DNA of 64,000 nt, from NCBI GenBank assembly GCA_014879375.1, contig JACSSF010000087.1:2118-66117 (forward strand), in the 5' to 3' direction. Of this stretch, positions 7,964 to 17,963 are shown piece after piece. Under the pieces are notes generated by a model, which was not told the origin of the DNA, did no database searches, and was given only the letters and a program-made list of their open reading frames with translations. The DNA is from Lysobacteraceae bacterium (GTDB lineage: Bacteria > Pseudomonadota > Gammaproteobacteria > Xanthomonadales > Xanthomonadaceae). Both the position numbers and the translations under genes were made by a program. Each line of letters begins with the position of its first letter. Position 1 is the first letter of the stretch.

Positions 7964-10264
7964 ATGTCCACCACCAAGAAACTCTGGCTGGGGCTGGCGG
8001 CGCTGCTCATCGCCAGCTTCGGCGTCATGCTGTGGCTGGGCGCGGATCTGCACCAGACCGCGCCGCCCGTTCCCAATCGCGTGGTCGCCGCCAACGGCCA
8101 AGTGCTCTACACCCGCGCGGACATCGAGCGCGGCCGCCAGGTCTGGCAGAGCATCGGTGGCCAGCAACTGGGCTCCATCTGGGGCCATGGCGCGTTGATC
8201 GCCCCCGACTGGTCGGCCGACTGGCTGCACCGCGAGGCCGAGGCGATGGCCGAGCTCGATTCTCGCGCGCTCACCGGCGAGCCTTATGCCCTGCTGGACG
8301 AGGTGGACAAGAACCGCGTGCAGGTGGAGCTCAAGCCGCAGTTCCGCACCAACACGTACGACCCGGCGACCGGCGACATCCTGGTCAGTGATCGGCGTGC
8401 GCAGGCCATCGCGCAGGTCGCCTCGCATTACATCAGCCTGTTCTCCAACGATCCGGCCACCGCTTCCCTGCGCGAAACCTACGCGATGAAGAACGACACC
8501 GTGCCCGATGCCGAGCACCGTCGCGCGATGACCGCGTTCTTCTTCTGGACTTCGTGGGCGGCCAGCACGGACCGGCCCGGCGAAACGCGCACTTACACCA
8601 ACAACTGGCCATACGAACCGATGATCGGCAACACGCCGACCTCGGGCACGTTCATGTGGTCGATGTTCTCGATCCTGTTCCTGATCGGCGGCATCGGCCT
8701 CTTGGCCTGGCATTACGCGGCCTACCACAGCAAGGAACTGCCGGTGACGCCGCCGGCGACCGATCCGCTGAAGGGCTTGGTGATCACCCCGTCGATGAAG
8801 GCGACGGCCAAGTATTTCTGGATCGTGATCGCGCTGTTCCTGGTGCAGATCGTGCTCGGCGCGACCACCGCGCATTATCAGGTGGAAGGCCAGGAAGCCT
8901 ATGGCTTCGCCATCGCCGACATCCTGCCGTACTCGCTCACGCGCAGCTGGCATACCCAGCTGGCGGTGCTGTGGATCGCCACCGCGTGGCTCGGCACCGG
9001 CCTGTACATCGCGCCCGCGATCTCGGGACATGAACCGAAATTCCAGCGTCTCGGGGTCAACTTCCTGTTCGTGTGCCTGCTGATCATCGTGGTCGGCGCC
9101 TTCACCGGGCAGTGGTTCGCGGTGATGCAGAAGCTGGGCCTGGAGCACAACTTCTGGTTTGGCCACCAGGGCTGGGAATACGTCGACATCGGGCGTTTCT
9201 GGCAGGCGTTCCTGTTCATCGGCCTGCTGCTGTGGCTGTTTCTGGTCGGGCGGGCGCTGTGGCCCGCGCTCAAGCGCAAGGACGAAATGTCGTCCATCGT
9301 CGGCCTGATGTTCCTCTCCACGATCGCGATCGGCCTGTTCTACGGCGCCGGCCTGATGTGGGGCGAGCACACGCACATCTCGATGGTCGAGTACTGGCGC
9401 TGGTGGGTGGTGCATCTGTGGGTGGAAGGCTTCTTCGAGGTCTTCGCGGTCGCGGTGATCAGCTTCCTGTTCGTCAAGCTGGGCCTGATCCGCGGCAAGT
9501 CGGCCACCATCAACGTGCTGTTCGCCACCATCGTGTACCTCACCGGCGGCGTGCTGGGCATGTTCCACCACCTGTACTTCGCCGGCACCACCACCGCGGC
9601 AGTCGCTCTCGGCGCGTGTTTCTCGGCGCTGGAAGTGGTGCCGCTCGCGCTCATCGGCCTGGAGGCCTATGAGACCTGGAGCCACAGCCGGTCAGTGCCG
9701 TGGATGGCGCGCTATCGCTGGCCGATCATGTTCTTCCTTGCGGTGAGCTTCTGGAACCTGGTCGGCGCAGGCCTGTTCGGCTTCCTCATCAACACGCCGA
9801 TCGCGCTGTACTACATGCAGGGCCTGAACTTGACGCCGCTGCATGGCCACACCGCGTTGTTCGGCGTGTACGGCATGCTCGGCATCGGCCTGATGCTGTT
9901 CTGCCTGCGCGGCCTCAAGCCCGATGCCCTGTGGCACCCGGGCCTGCTGAAGGCCTCGTTCTGGAGCTTCAACATCGGCCTCACCCTGATGGCGTTGATC
10001 ACTCTCTTGCCGCTCGGCACGCTGCAGTTGCAGGCGGCGCTCGAGCACGGTTACTGGTACGCACGCTCGGCCGAGTTCATGGGCAAGCCGATCATCGACG
10101 TGCTGGTGTGGATGCGCATGCCGGGCGACGTGATCTTCAGCGTCGGCGCGCTGCTGCTGGCGTGGTTCGTGCTCCGCCACTGGATCATGCCGAAGGTCGA
10201 TCCGGCACTGGACAAGACCACGGCGCGCGATGTCGAGCGCACCATCGAGCAGGACGCGATCTGA
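7964..10264 (+). CDS. norB: quinol-dependent nitric oxide reductase (qNor)
   Basis: GSIWGHG..APDWSADWLH, WWVVHLWVEGFFE, GMFHHLYF, LHGHTALFG heme/Fe ligands; AGGAGG RBS before ATG 7964. Confidence 0.95.
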   Translation: MSTTKKLWLGLAALLIASFGVMLWLGADLHQTAPPVPNRVVAANGQVLYTRADIERGRQVWQSIGGQQLGSIWGHGALIAPDWSADWLHREAEAMAELDSRALTGEPYALLDEVDKNRVQVELKPQFRTNTYDPATGDILVSDRRAQAIAQVASHYISLFSNDPATASLRETYAMKNDTVPDAEHRRAMTAFFFWTSWAASTDRPGETRTYTNNWPYEPMIGNTPTSGTFMWSMFSILFLIGGIGLLAWHYAAYHSKELPVTPPATDPLKGLVITPSMKATAKYFWIVIALFLVQIVLGATTAHYQVEGQEAYGFAIADILPYSLTRSWHTQLAVLWIATAWLGTGLYIAPAISGHEPKFQRLGVNFLFVCLLIIVVGAFTGQWFAVMQKLGLEHNFWFGHQGWEYVDIGRFWQAFLFIGLLLWLFLVGRALWPALKRKDEMSSIVGLMFLSTIAIGLFYGAGLMWGEHTHISMVEYWRWWVVHLWVEGFFEVFAVAVISFLFVKLGLIRGKSATINVLFATIVYLTGGVLGMFHHLYFAGTTTAAVALGACFSALEVVPLALIGLEAYETWSHSRSVPWMARYRWPIMFFLAVSFWNLVGAGLFGFLINTPIALYYMQGLNLTPLHGHTALFGVYGMLGIGLMLFCLRGLKPDALWHPGLLKASFWSFNIGLTLMALITLLPLGTLQLQAALEHGYWYARSAEFMGKPIIDVLVWMRMPGDVIFSVGALLLAWFVLRHWIMPKVDPALDKTTARDVERTIEQDAI

Positions 10265-10303
10265 GCCTCTGATCTCCAGGCGCGCCGGCATGAGGCTGGC
10301 GGG

Positions 10304-10337
10304 AGCGACCGGGGAGAGATTCCCGGTCGCTTTTTTT
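10304..10337 (+). terminator. rho-independent terminator after norB
   Basis: AGCGACCGGG / CCCGGTCGCT stem followed by T7. Confidence 0.9.
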
Positions 10338-10468
10338 ACGCAGGTCTATCCGCAAGTGAAGCGCATGCAGCGAGCGGCATGACCACGGTCAAATCACCGG
10401 GATGCGCATCGCGGGATAATGTCGCCATCGGACAACGCTCCGCATTGCACGTTTCCTCTTGCATATCG

Positions 10469-10873
10469 ATGTCGCCTCGCCTTCGCCACCTGCTGCATAG
10501 CCTGTCGCTGCTGGCCATCGTGCTGCTGTCGACGGTGCCCACACTAGGCCGCATCGCCGAAGCCCGACGCGTGCCGGATGCCGCTGCGCTCGCCACCCGT
10601 TTCTGCGGCAGCGTGCACACGTCAATCCACCGCCTCGTCGCGCTGTGGCAGCAGGAGGACCGCCTGCAACGCGCCGCTGCGCAGGGCGGCGATGCGCAGC
10701 ACCCCGACTGCGATTACTGCCCGCTGCTGGCCGCGCTGGTCAGCGTCGCCTTGCTGCTGCTCGCCCTGCTTCGGCTTGATGTCGCCCGGCTCGGCTGGGT
10801 CGCTATCTCCATCTGCCGGCTGCGCTGGCATCCCTGCGGGCTGGGGTCACGCGGGCCACCCCTCGCGCTCTGA
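10469..10873 (+). CDS. DUF2946 family protein (CruR/CutF-like upstream ORF)
   Basis: Hydrophobic N-terminus, CDYC (CxxC), C-terminal RGPP, 60 bp upstream of a copper-type TonB receptor. Confidence 0.8.
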   Translation: MSPRLRHLLHSLSLLAIVLLSTVPTLGRIAEARRVPDAAALATRFCGSVHTSIHRLVALWQQEDRLQRAAAQGGDAQHPDCDYCPLLAALVSVALLLLALLRLDVARLGWVAISICRLRWHPCGLGSRGPPLAL

Positions 10874-10933
10874 AACACGTCGGTTCGACATCGGTTTGGC
10901 GGCATCCGCCGCTCCCACGTTTTCGGAGTTCCC

Positions 10934-13222
10934 ATGAAACGCTCACTGCTCACGGTCGCTGTCGCGGCCGCCCTCGCCTGCGCGCTGCCTTTGCGCGCGC
11001 AAACCCACGATTCCTCCTATCCACAAGATCAGGAACAGACACTCGATCGCATCGTCGTGTTCGGCGCGGTGCCCACGCCCATGCCGGCCAATACAGACAC
11101 CTTGCGCGGCGACGCGCTCGATACGCGACGCAGCAATGCCAGCGACACCGCCCAGCTGCTCGGCGGCATTCCCGGTGTCAGCGTGCAGGCCGCCGGCGGA
11201 GTCTCGGGCCTGCCTTCCATCCACGGCCTGACCGGCGACCGCAACCGCGTGCAGGTCGATGGCATGGATTTCATCGCCTCCTGTCCCAACCACATGAACC
11301 CGCCGCTGTCCTACATCGATCCCGCGCAGGTCGGCGAGATCATCGTGCACGCCGGCATCACCCCCGTCAGCGCCGGTGGCGACGGCATCGGCGGCAGCAT
11401 CCAGGTGAAATCCGTGCCGCCGTTTTTCGCCAAGGCCGGTGATGGCTGGGCGACATCGGGCACGTTCTCGACCCGCTGGCAAAGCAATGGTGATGCCCGC
11501 CGCGCGAGTGGTTCGGCCACGCTCGCCAACGCCTCGGTGAGCCTGGGCGTGGATGCCTCGGTGTCGCGCGCGGACAACTATCGCGCCGGCGGCGATTTCC
11601 GCGACTTCACCGCGAGCGGACGCGAAGGCCACGCCATCGCGCATGACGAAGTCGCCTCCAGCGCGTACCTTGTGCGCAACCAGAGCGCGCATCTGGCCGT
11701 GCGTACCGACAGGCACCTCGTCACCGCCAGTTACGACCAGCAGCAGATCCCGCTGCAGGGGTATCCCAACCAGCGCATGGACATGACCGGCAACGACCAG
11801 CGCCGATGGCAACTGGCATGGCAGGCCAGCGAGGACTGGGGCGCGATCGAGGCGCGCGTCTGGCGCGAGCGCCTGCGGCATTCGATGGGCTTCGGGCCGG
11901 ATCGCCAGTACTGGTACGGCATGCAGAGCATGCAGCCGGGCGCGACCGATTACACCGTGGCCTGCGCGCCGCTCGGCCCGACCTGCGCCGGCGACATGCC
12001 GATGGAAACCGACAGCCGCACCACCGCGGCCTCGTTCCTGATGAGCGTGAACCTGCGCGATGAGGACATCCTGCGCGTGGGTGGCGAATGGCAGCAGTAT
12101 CGGCTGGATGACTGGTGGCCACCCTCCGGCGGCGGCATGTGGCCGGATGCGTTCTGGAACATCCGCGATGGTCGTCGCGATCGCGCCTCGGTGTTCGCCG
12201 AATGGGAAGGCCGCCTCGCGCCGCAGTGGATACTGCTCGTCGGTGCGCGCTACAGCCGAATTTCAACCAACACCGGTCCGGTGCAGGGCTATGACATCGA
12301 TCCCAATCCGCCCGGCTCATGGGCCTCGACCCAAGCCGATGCGGCGGCGTTCAATGCGCGGCGACGTGACCACAGCGATGACCTGGGCGATGTCGCCGCG
12401 CTGCTGCGCTGGACGCCCGCCGACACGCTGGACGTGGAACTGGGCTATGCCTACAAGAGTCGCGCACCCAACCTGTACGAGCGCTACGCCTGGTCCACCT
12501 GGACGATGGCGGCGGTGATGAACAACTTCGCTGGCGATGGCAATGGCTATGTCGGCGACCCGGACCTCAAGCCTGAGCGCGCGCAGATCGCATCGATCAC
12601 CCTGGACTGGCACGCGCCGGGCAAGGAGAAGGCTTGGCGGCTGCGGGTGACGCCGTGGCATACCCGTATCGAGGATTATGTCGATGCGGTGGCGCTGACG
12701 AATTACGGCGCTGAACGTTTCAATGTGCTGCGCTACGCCAACCAGTCGGCGCGGCTGTACGGCGTGGACTTCCTCGTCGACCGACATCTGGGCGAAAACC
12801 GCTTCGGCCAATGGCGCCTGAGCGCGAGTGGCAACTGGCAACGCGGCGAGAACCTCGATACCGACCAGCCGCTCTACAACACCATGCCGCCGAATGTACG
12901 ACTCGCCTTGCAACAGCAACTGCGTGGCTGGGAAGGCCGCATCGAAGTGGAAGGCGTGGCCGCCAAGACCCGCGTGTCCGCCATGCGCAACGAAGTCCCG
13001 ACCGCCGGATACGGCCTGCTGCACCTGCGCGGCGGCTACCAGTGGGCGCACTGGCGGCTGGATGCCGGCGTCGAGAACGTCTTCGATCGCCTTTACGCGC
13101 TACCGACCGGCGGCCAATACCTCGCGCAAGGCCGCACCATGGGCATCAACGCGATTCCGCACGGCATCGCGGTGCCCGGCGCAGGGCGCTCGTACTACGT
13201 GGCGATGAAACTCGACTACTGA
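10934..13222 (+). CDS. TonB-dependent copper receptor (OprC/NosA-like)
   Basis: Signal peptide, plug CPNHM (CxxxM), HSM (HxM), PDLKPE, C-terminal GVENVFDRLY...GRSYYVAMKLDY. Confidence 0.85.
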   Translation: MKRSLLTVAVAAALACALPLRAQTHDSSYPQDQEQTLDRIVVFGAVPTPMPANTDTLRGDALDTRRSNASDTAQLLGGIPGVSVQAAGGVSGLPSIHGLTGDRNRVQVDGMDFIASCPNHMNPPLSYIDPAQVGEIIVHAGITPVSAGGDGIGGSIQVKSVPPFFAKAGDGWATSGTFSTRWQSNGDARRASGSATLANASVSLGVDASVSRADNYRAGGDFRDFTASGREGHAIAHDEVASSAYLVRNQSAHLAVRTDRHLVTASYDQQQIPLQGYPNQRMDMTGNDQRRWQLAWQASEDWGAIEARVWRERLRHSMGFGPDRQYWYGMQSMQPGATDYTVACAPLGPTCAGDMPMETDSRTTAASFLMSVNLRDEDILRVGGEWQQYRLDDWWPPSGGGMWPDAFWNIRDGRRDRASVFAEWEGRLAPQWILLVGARYSRISTNTGPVQGYDIDPNPPGSWASTQADAAAFNARRRDHSDDLGDVAALLRWTPADTLDVELGYAYKSRAPNLYERYAWSTWTMAAVMNNFAGDGNGYVGDPDLKPERAQIASITLDWHAPGKEKAWRLRVTPWHTRIEDYVDAVALTNYGAERFNVLRYANQSARLYGVDFLVDRHLGENRFGQWRLSASGNWQRGENLDTDQPLYNTMPPNVRLALQQQLRGWEGRIEVEGVAAKTRVSAMRNEVPTAGYGLLHLRGGYQWAHWRLDAGVENVFDRLYALPTGGQYLAQGRTMGINAIPHGIAVPGAGRSYYVAMKLDY

Positions 13223-13225
13223 GTC

Positions 13226-13239
13226 CTGATTTGCATCAA
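13226..13239 (+). promoter_or_regulatory. FNR-like box upstream of nnrS
   Basis: CTGAT-TTGC-ATCAA (9/10 match), centred 41.5 bp before ATG 13274; AATACT at 13262-13267. Confidence 0.8.
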
Positions 13240-13273
13240 GGCGGGGCCCCATGGCGACGGGAATACTGTCGCC

Positions 13274-14515
13274 ATGGTGGATTCCCGCGACCACGTTCCA
13301 CTCTCGCCCAGCCTGTTGGCCACCGCGCCGCATCGACTGCTGTTCTTCGTCGGCGCGGTCAACGTGCTGCTGGCGATGACGTGGTGGGCGCTGTGGCAGA
13401 TCGACACGCGCTGGCAGCTTGGCTGGCTGCCGGTGGCGCCGGTCTATGCCGGCTGGATCCATGCCATCGTCATGGAATACCAGTTGCTGCCGCCCTTTAT
13501 GTTCGGCTTCCTGCTGACCGTGTTTCCGCGCTGGATGGGCCTGCCGGAACTGCAGCGCTGGCATTACATGCCAGTCGGCGTGGGCCTGTTCGGCGGCCAG
13601 CTGGCGGTGATCGGCGGCATGCTGCTGGGGCTGGAGGCGTGGGTGCAGATCGGCCTGTTCATGACGACTGCAGGTTGGGGTTATGGCCTGATCCAGCTGC
13701 TGCGCCTGCTGCTCGCCGAACGCCGTGCGAGCAAGGGCACGACCTGGCATGCGGTGTCGTGCTTCGCGGCGATGACGCTGGGCTTCGTCGGCTTGCTGTG
13801 CGTGTTGGGGTTCCTGCACAACGCCAATCCGTGGTGGATGTTTGTCGCGATCAAGCTGGGCACCTTCGGCCTGCTGCTGCCGGTGTACCTCACCGTTGCC
13901 CATCGCATGTTCCCGTTCTTCGCCGGCAACGTGGTGATGGGCTACAAGCCGTGGCGACCGATGTGGCTGCTCGTCGCGATCTGGTGCGCGCTCCTTGCAC
14001 ACCTGTTGCTGGAACTGCTGCACGCCTATGCCTTCCTGTGGTGGGTCGATGCGCCCTTCGCCCTGCTCACCGGTTACCTGCTGTATCGCTGGTGGCCGCG
14101 CAACAGCGCGCCCGGCCTGCTGTGGGTGCTGTTCATCGGTTTCGCCTGGTTGCCGCTCGCCTTCGCGCTGTATGCGATGCAAAGCCTGCTGTACGCGACG
14201 ACCGGCGAGTTCCTGCTCGGTCGCGGCCCGGCGCATGCGCTCTACATCGGCTTCTTCGGCTCGCTGCTGGTCGCGATGGTGACGCGGGTGACCCAGGGCC
14301 ACTCCGGTCGCCCACTGGCGATGCCGAAAGCCGGCTGGTTCGCCTTCGCGATGCTGCAACTGGTCGCGGTGATGCGCGTCATCGCCGACGTCATGCCTGA
14401 CCCCGGCCTGTGGCAGATCTTCGCCGCACTCGGCTGGCTGCTCGCCTTCCTGCCGTGGGTGCTGCGCTCGGCCGGCATCTACCTGCGTCCGCGCATCGAC
14501 CGCCGCCCGGGTTGA
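13274..14515 (+). CDS. nnrS: NnrS family protein (NO response)
   Basis: APHRLLFF, WIHA..M, GFLLTVFPRW, HRMFPFF, AMVTRVTQGHSGRPL; polytopic membrane protein. Confidence 0.88.
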   Translation: MVDSRDHVPLSPSLLATAPHRLLFFVGAVNVLLAMTWWALWQIDTRWQLGWLPVAPVYAGWIHAIVMEYQLLPPFMFGFLLTVFPRWMGLPELQRWHYMPVGVGLFGGQLAVIGGMLLGLEAWVQIGLFMTTAGWGYGLIQLLRLLLAERRASKGTTWHAVSCFAAMTLGFVGLLCVLGFLHNANPWWMFVAIKLGTFGLLLPVYLTVAHRMFPFFAGNVVMGYKPWRPMWLLVAIWCALLAHLLLELLHAYAFLWWVDAPFALLTGYLLYRWWPRNSAPGLLWVLFIGFAWLPLAFALYAMQSLLYATTGEFLLGRGPAHALYIGFFGSLLVAMVTRVTQGHSGRPLAMPKAGWFAFAMLQLVAVMRVIADVMPDPGLWQIFAALGWLLAFLPWVLRSAGIYLRPRIDRRPG

Positions 14516-14549
14516 TGCCGCGCCTGCCCCCTTTCCCGACGCCTGCCCG

Positions 14550-14951
14550 ATGATCGAGTTCTATCCGCAAATCAAATCGGCCCACATCCTGCTGGTGCTG
14601 CTGTCCGGCTCGCTATTCGCGCTGCGCGGCGGCTTCGCGCTCTTCGGCGCGCGCTGGCCGCGCCATGCCGCACTGCGCTACACCAGCTACAGCATCGACA
14701 CTATGTTGCTGACTTCCGCGGCGATGCTGCTGACCATCCTGCCCGGCGCGTTGTTCGCCAACGGTTGGCTGACCGCCAAGCTGAGCCTCTTGGTGGTCTA
14801 CATCGTGCTCGGCATCCTGTCGATGCGCCCGCAATTCCGCACCAGCCGCCGCACGATCTTCTACGTCGCCGCGTTGCTGACGTTCTTCTTCATGTTCGGC
14901 ATCGCGCGCATGCACCAGCCCCTCGGCTGGCTGGCCAAATGGATCAGCTGA
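14550..14951 (+). CDS. SirB2 family membrane protein
   Basis: IKSAHILLVLLSGSLFALRG, IDTMLLTSA, WLTAKL..LVVYIVLG. Confidence 0.85.
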   Translation: MIEFYPQIKSAHILLVLLSGSLFALRGGFALFGARWPRHAALRYTSYSIDTMLLTSAAMLLTILPGALFANGWLTAKLSLLVVYIVLGILSMRPQFRTSRRTIFYVAALLTFFFMFGIARMHQPLGWLAKWIS

Positions 14952-14958
14952 GGTAACG

Positions 14959-16878
14959 ATGCACGCCACAGCGCCCGCCGCAGGCATGCTCGATGCCTGC
15001 TTCCTCGGCCCGTATGGCGAGAACGATGGCCTGCTGGAAAAGCTCGTCGTCGAGTTCCTGCGCGACCACGTCTACTGGCGCCGCAACTTCCATCCCGAAG
15101 ACCCGCCGGCGATCCCGACCGATGCCACCTTCGCGCCCGGCTATCGCAGCTTCGAAGCGCGTCTGCGCCGCGAACTGCACGCGCTCTCCGCCGCGCTGAA
15201 GAAATCGGTGCCGTTCCACAGCCCGCGCTACATCGGCCACATGGCCAGCGACCTGCTGCTGCCGGGGCTGGCCGCGCAGATCCTCACCCTGCCCTACAAC
15301 CCCAACAACGTCAGCGAAGACGCCGCGCCGGTCACCGTGGACATGGAGGTCGAAGTCGGCCTGCAGCTGGCGCGAATGGTGGGCTATCCGCACGATCCCG
15401 ATCACGATCCCTGTGCGTTCGGCCACCTCACCTCCGGCGGCACGCTGGCCAACTACCAGGCGCTGCGCTTGGCGCTGGCGCTCAAGGCCTTCCCGGTGGC
15501 GCTGCGCGCCGCGGGCGTGCCCGATATCGGCATGCCGGATGACGACTGGACCGCATTCAACCTGGGGCCCGCCGCCGGCACCGAGCTGGTCGCGCGCTGG
15601 AAGGACTGGCTGGCCGCATTGCCGCCGCGCGAACATCGCGCATGGAAGGCGAAGGTGCAGGCCGAGCGCATCGAGCAGCTCGGCCTGTGCGAGTTCTTCG
15701 CCGCGCACGACACCTTGAAGACACCGTGGGTGCTGGCGCCGATCATCGCGCATTACTCATGGTCGAAGGGGATGAAGCTGCTGGGCCTGGGCCGCACGCA
15801 GCTGCGGCTGATGCCGGAGCGCGACATGCGCCTGGACATCGATGCGGTCAACAACACGCTGGCCCGCTGCGAGCGCGACCAGCAGCCGGTATTGATGGCG
15901 GTCGGCGTGTTCGGCACCACCGAATACGGCACGGTCGATCCGATCGACGGGCTGGTCGATGCGCGCGATGCGGCACTGGCGCGCGGGCTCGGATTCTCGG
16001 CACATGTCGATGCCGCCTGGGGCGGGTATCTGGCCACCGTGTTCCGCAACGAGGACGGCAGCTTGCGCGATCGCGAAGCCGTGGCCGAAGGCTTCGCGCA
16101 CTTCCCGCGCGCGGGCGTGTACGCGGCGGCAGCGGCGCTCGGCCGCACCGATTCGATCACCATCGATCCGCACAAGCTGGGCTATCTGCCCTACGGCGCC
16201 GGTGCGTTCCTGTGTCGCGACCATCGGGCGATGGCGCTGCTGGCCGAATCCGCCGACTACGTGTTCCACGATCACGCGCTGCGCGGCTACCGCGCACGCT
16301 ATCGCAACCTCGGCCAGTTCATCCCGGAAGGCTCCAAGTCCGGCGCCAACGTCGCGGCGGTGTACGTCACCCACAAGGTGCTGCCGCTCGACCACGCCAA
16401 CTTCGGCCAGTTGCCAGCACAGACCGTGCGCTCGGCGGAAGCCTTCCACGATGCCGCGCAGGCCTTCGCCGCGCGCGTGCGGGACAAGGTGCGCGTCATC
16501 GTGCCGTTCCCGCCGGACAGCAACCTGGTGGGCGTGGCGTTCAATCCGGCCGGCAATCGCGACATCGGCATTGCCAACGATTTCGCGCGGCGCTTGCACG
16601 ACGAATTGCGCGTGGACCCCAGCGTGCCGCTGCAGGATCGCAGCTTCTTCGGCTCGGCCACCACGTTGCGCCCGCAGGTGCTGGGCGATGCCGGCATGCA
16701 GCGCATCCTCGCAGCGCTGGGGCTGGACGCCGCCGCCGACGAGGACGACGAAGACCATCTCGTCATCCTGCGGCACACGCTGATGAACCCGTGGCTGATC
16801 GATCGCCACAACGGCATCAGCTACATTGACCTCTACTTCCGGCATTTGGAAAAGCGCATCGCCGCGCTGCTGCCATGA
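14959..16878 (+). CDS. group II PLP-dependent decarboxylase (tyrosine decarboxylase-like)
   Basis: SPRYIGHM, YNPNNV, GHLTSGGTLAN, HYSWSK, HVDAAWGG, DPHKLGY (PLP lysine). Confidence 0.85.
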   Translation: MHATAPAAGMLDACFLGPYGENDGLLEKLVVEFLRDHVYWRRNFHPEDPPAIPTDATFAPGYRSFEARLRRELHALSAALKKSVPFHSPRYIGHMASDLLLPGLAAQILTLPYNPNNVSEDAAPVTVDMEVEVGLQLARMVGYPHDPDHDPCAFGHLTSGGTLANYQALRLALALKAFPVALRAAGVPDIGMPDDDWTAFNLGPAAGTELVARWKDWLAALPPREHRAWKAKVQAERIEQLGLCEFFAAHDTLKTPWVLAPIIAHYSWSKGMKLLGLGRTQLRLMPERDMRLDIDAVNNTLARCERDQQPVLMAVGVFGTTEYGTVDPIDGLVDARDAALARGLGFSAHVDAAWGGYLATVFRNEDGSLRDREAVAEGFAHFPRAGVYAAAAALGRTDSITIDPHKLGYLPYGAGAFLCRDHRAMALLAESADYVFHDHALRGYRARYRNLGQFIPEGSKSGANVAAVYVTHKVLPLDHANFGQLPAQTVRSAEAFHDAAQAFAARVRDKVRVIVPFPPDSNLVGVAFNPAGNRDIGIANDFARRLHDELRVDPSVPLQDRSFFGSATTLRPQVLGDAGMQRILAALGLDAAADEDDEDHLVILRHTLMNPWLIDRHNGISYIDLYFRHLEKRIAALLP

Positions 16879-17957
16879 CCCTGCACACGTCCCGCCATCC
16901 CGATGACCGCCCATGGGTGGACGCAGCCGTCGCCACCGTGCAGCGCGAGGCCGCGCGCTCGGCCGACACCCACCTGCTGCACATGCGTTTCGCCGGCTTT
17001 CCGGGCATCGACTTCTATTTCAAGGACGAGGCCGCGCACCCGACCGGCAGCCTCAAGCATCGGCTCGCCCGCTCGCTGTTTCTGTACGCGCTGTGCAACG
17101 GGCGATTGCAGCCGGGACAGGCGGTGGTCGATGCGTCATCGGGCAGCACCGCGATTTCCGAAGCGTGGTTTGCGCGCCTGCTGGGCCTGTCGTTCACCGC
17201 GGTGATGCCGGACAGCACCGCGCCCGGCAAGATCGAGGCCGTGCGCGCGCTCGGCGGCCAGGTCGACCTGACGCCGCCCGGCCAGTGCACGCAGGCCCGG
17301 GCGCGCGAGATCGCCGCCGGTGGCGCGTGCTTCCTCGACCAATTCGGCCTGGCCGAACGTGCCACCGATTGGCGCGGCAACAACAACATCGCGGAATCCA
17401 TCCTCGGCCAGCTCGCGCGCGAACCGCATCCCGAACCCGCGTGGATCGTATGCGGCGTCGGCACCGGCGGCACCTCGGCCACCATCGGTCGTTACCTGCG
17501 TTATCGCAGGCTGTCCACGCGCCTGTGCGTGGCCGAGCCCGAAGGCATGGTGTATGCAAAGGCGTGGCCGACGCGCGACCGTGACGCCGCCGTGGCATCG
17601 CTCAGCGTGATCGAAGGCATCGGCCGGCAGCAGGTGGAGCCGAGCTTCCAGTTCAACGTGGTCGATGCGGTGATCGAGGTGCCCGATGCGGCCTCGATCG
17701 CCGCGATGCGTCTGCTCGAAGATCAGCTTGGCGTCCGCTACGGCGGTTCGTCGGGCACCAACTTCGTCGCCTGCCTGCAACTGGCGCAGCGCATGCGCGA
17801 TACCGGCGAGGCCGGCAGCATCGTCACCCTGCTGTGCGACCGTGGCGCGCGTTATCGCGAAACGCTGTACGACCCGGCGTGGCTGGCCAAACGCGGCATC
17901 GATCCCGCACCTTGGCGCGCGCGCCTGACCGAATGGATCGACCGCGGCGCGGAGTAG
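16875..17957 (+). CDS. PLP-dependent cysteine synthase family protein (Cds1-like cysteine desulfhydrase)
   Basis: KDEAAHPTGSLKHRLARSLFLYAL, ASSGSTAISEA, DWRGNNNIAESI, GVGTGGTSAT; ATGA overlap with the upstream gene. Confidence 0.82.
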   Translation: MTLHTSRHPDDRPWVDAAVATVQREAARSADTHLLHMRFAGFPGIDFYFKDEAAHPTGSLKHRLARSLFLYALCNGRLQPGQAVVDASSGSTAISEAWFARLLGLSFTAVMPDSTAPGKIEAVRALGGQVDLTPPGQCTQARAREIAAGGACFLDQFGLAERATDWRGNNNIAESILGQLAREPHPEPAWIVCGVGTGGTSATIGRYLRYRRLSTRLCVAEPEGMVYAKAWPTRDRDAAVASLSVIEGIGRQQVEPSFQFNVVDAVIEVPDAASIAAMRLLEDQLGVRYGGSSGTNFVACLQLAQRMRDTGEAGSIVTLLCDRGARYRETLYDPAWLAKRGIDPAPWRARLTEWIDRGAE

Positions 17958-17963
17958 GCGCGC

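Noticed and set aside
3727..9685. Long antisense ORFs (3727-5268, 5592-7163, 7757-9685)
   Set aside because: Shadows of well-supported genes in high-GC DNA; no motifs
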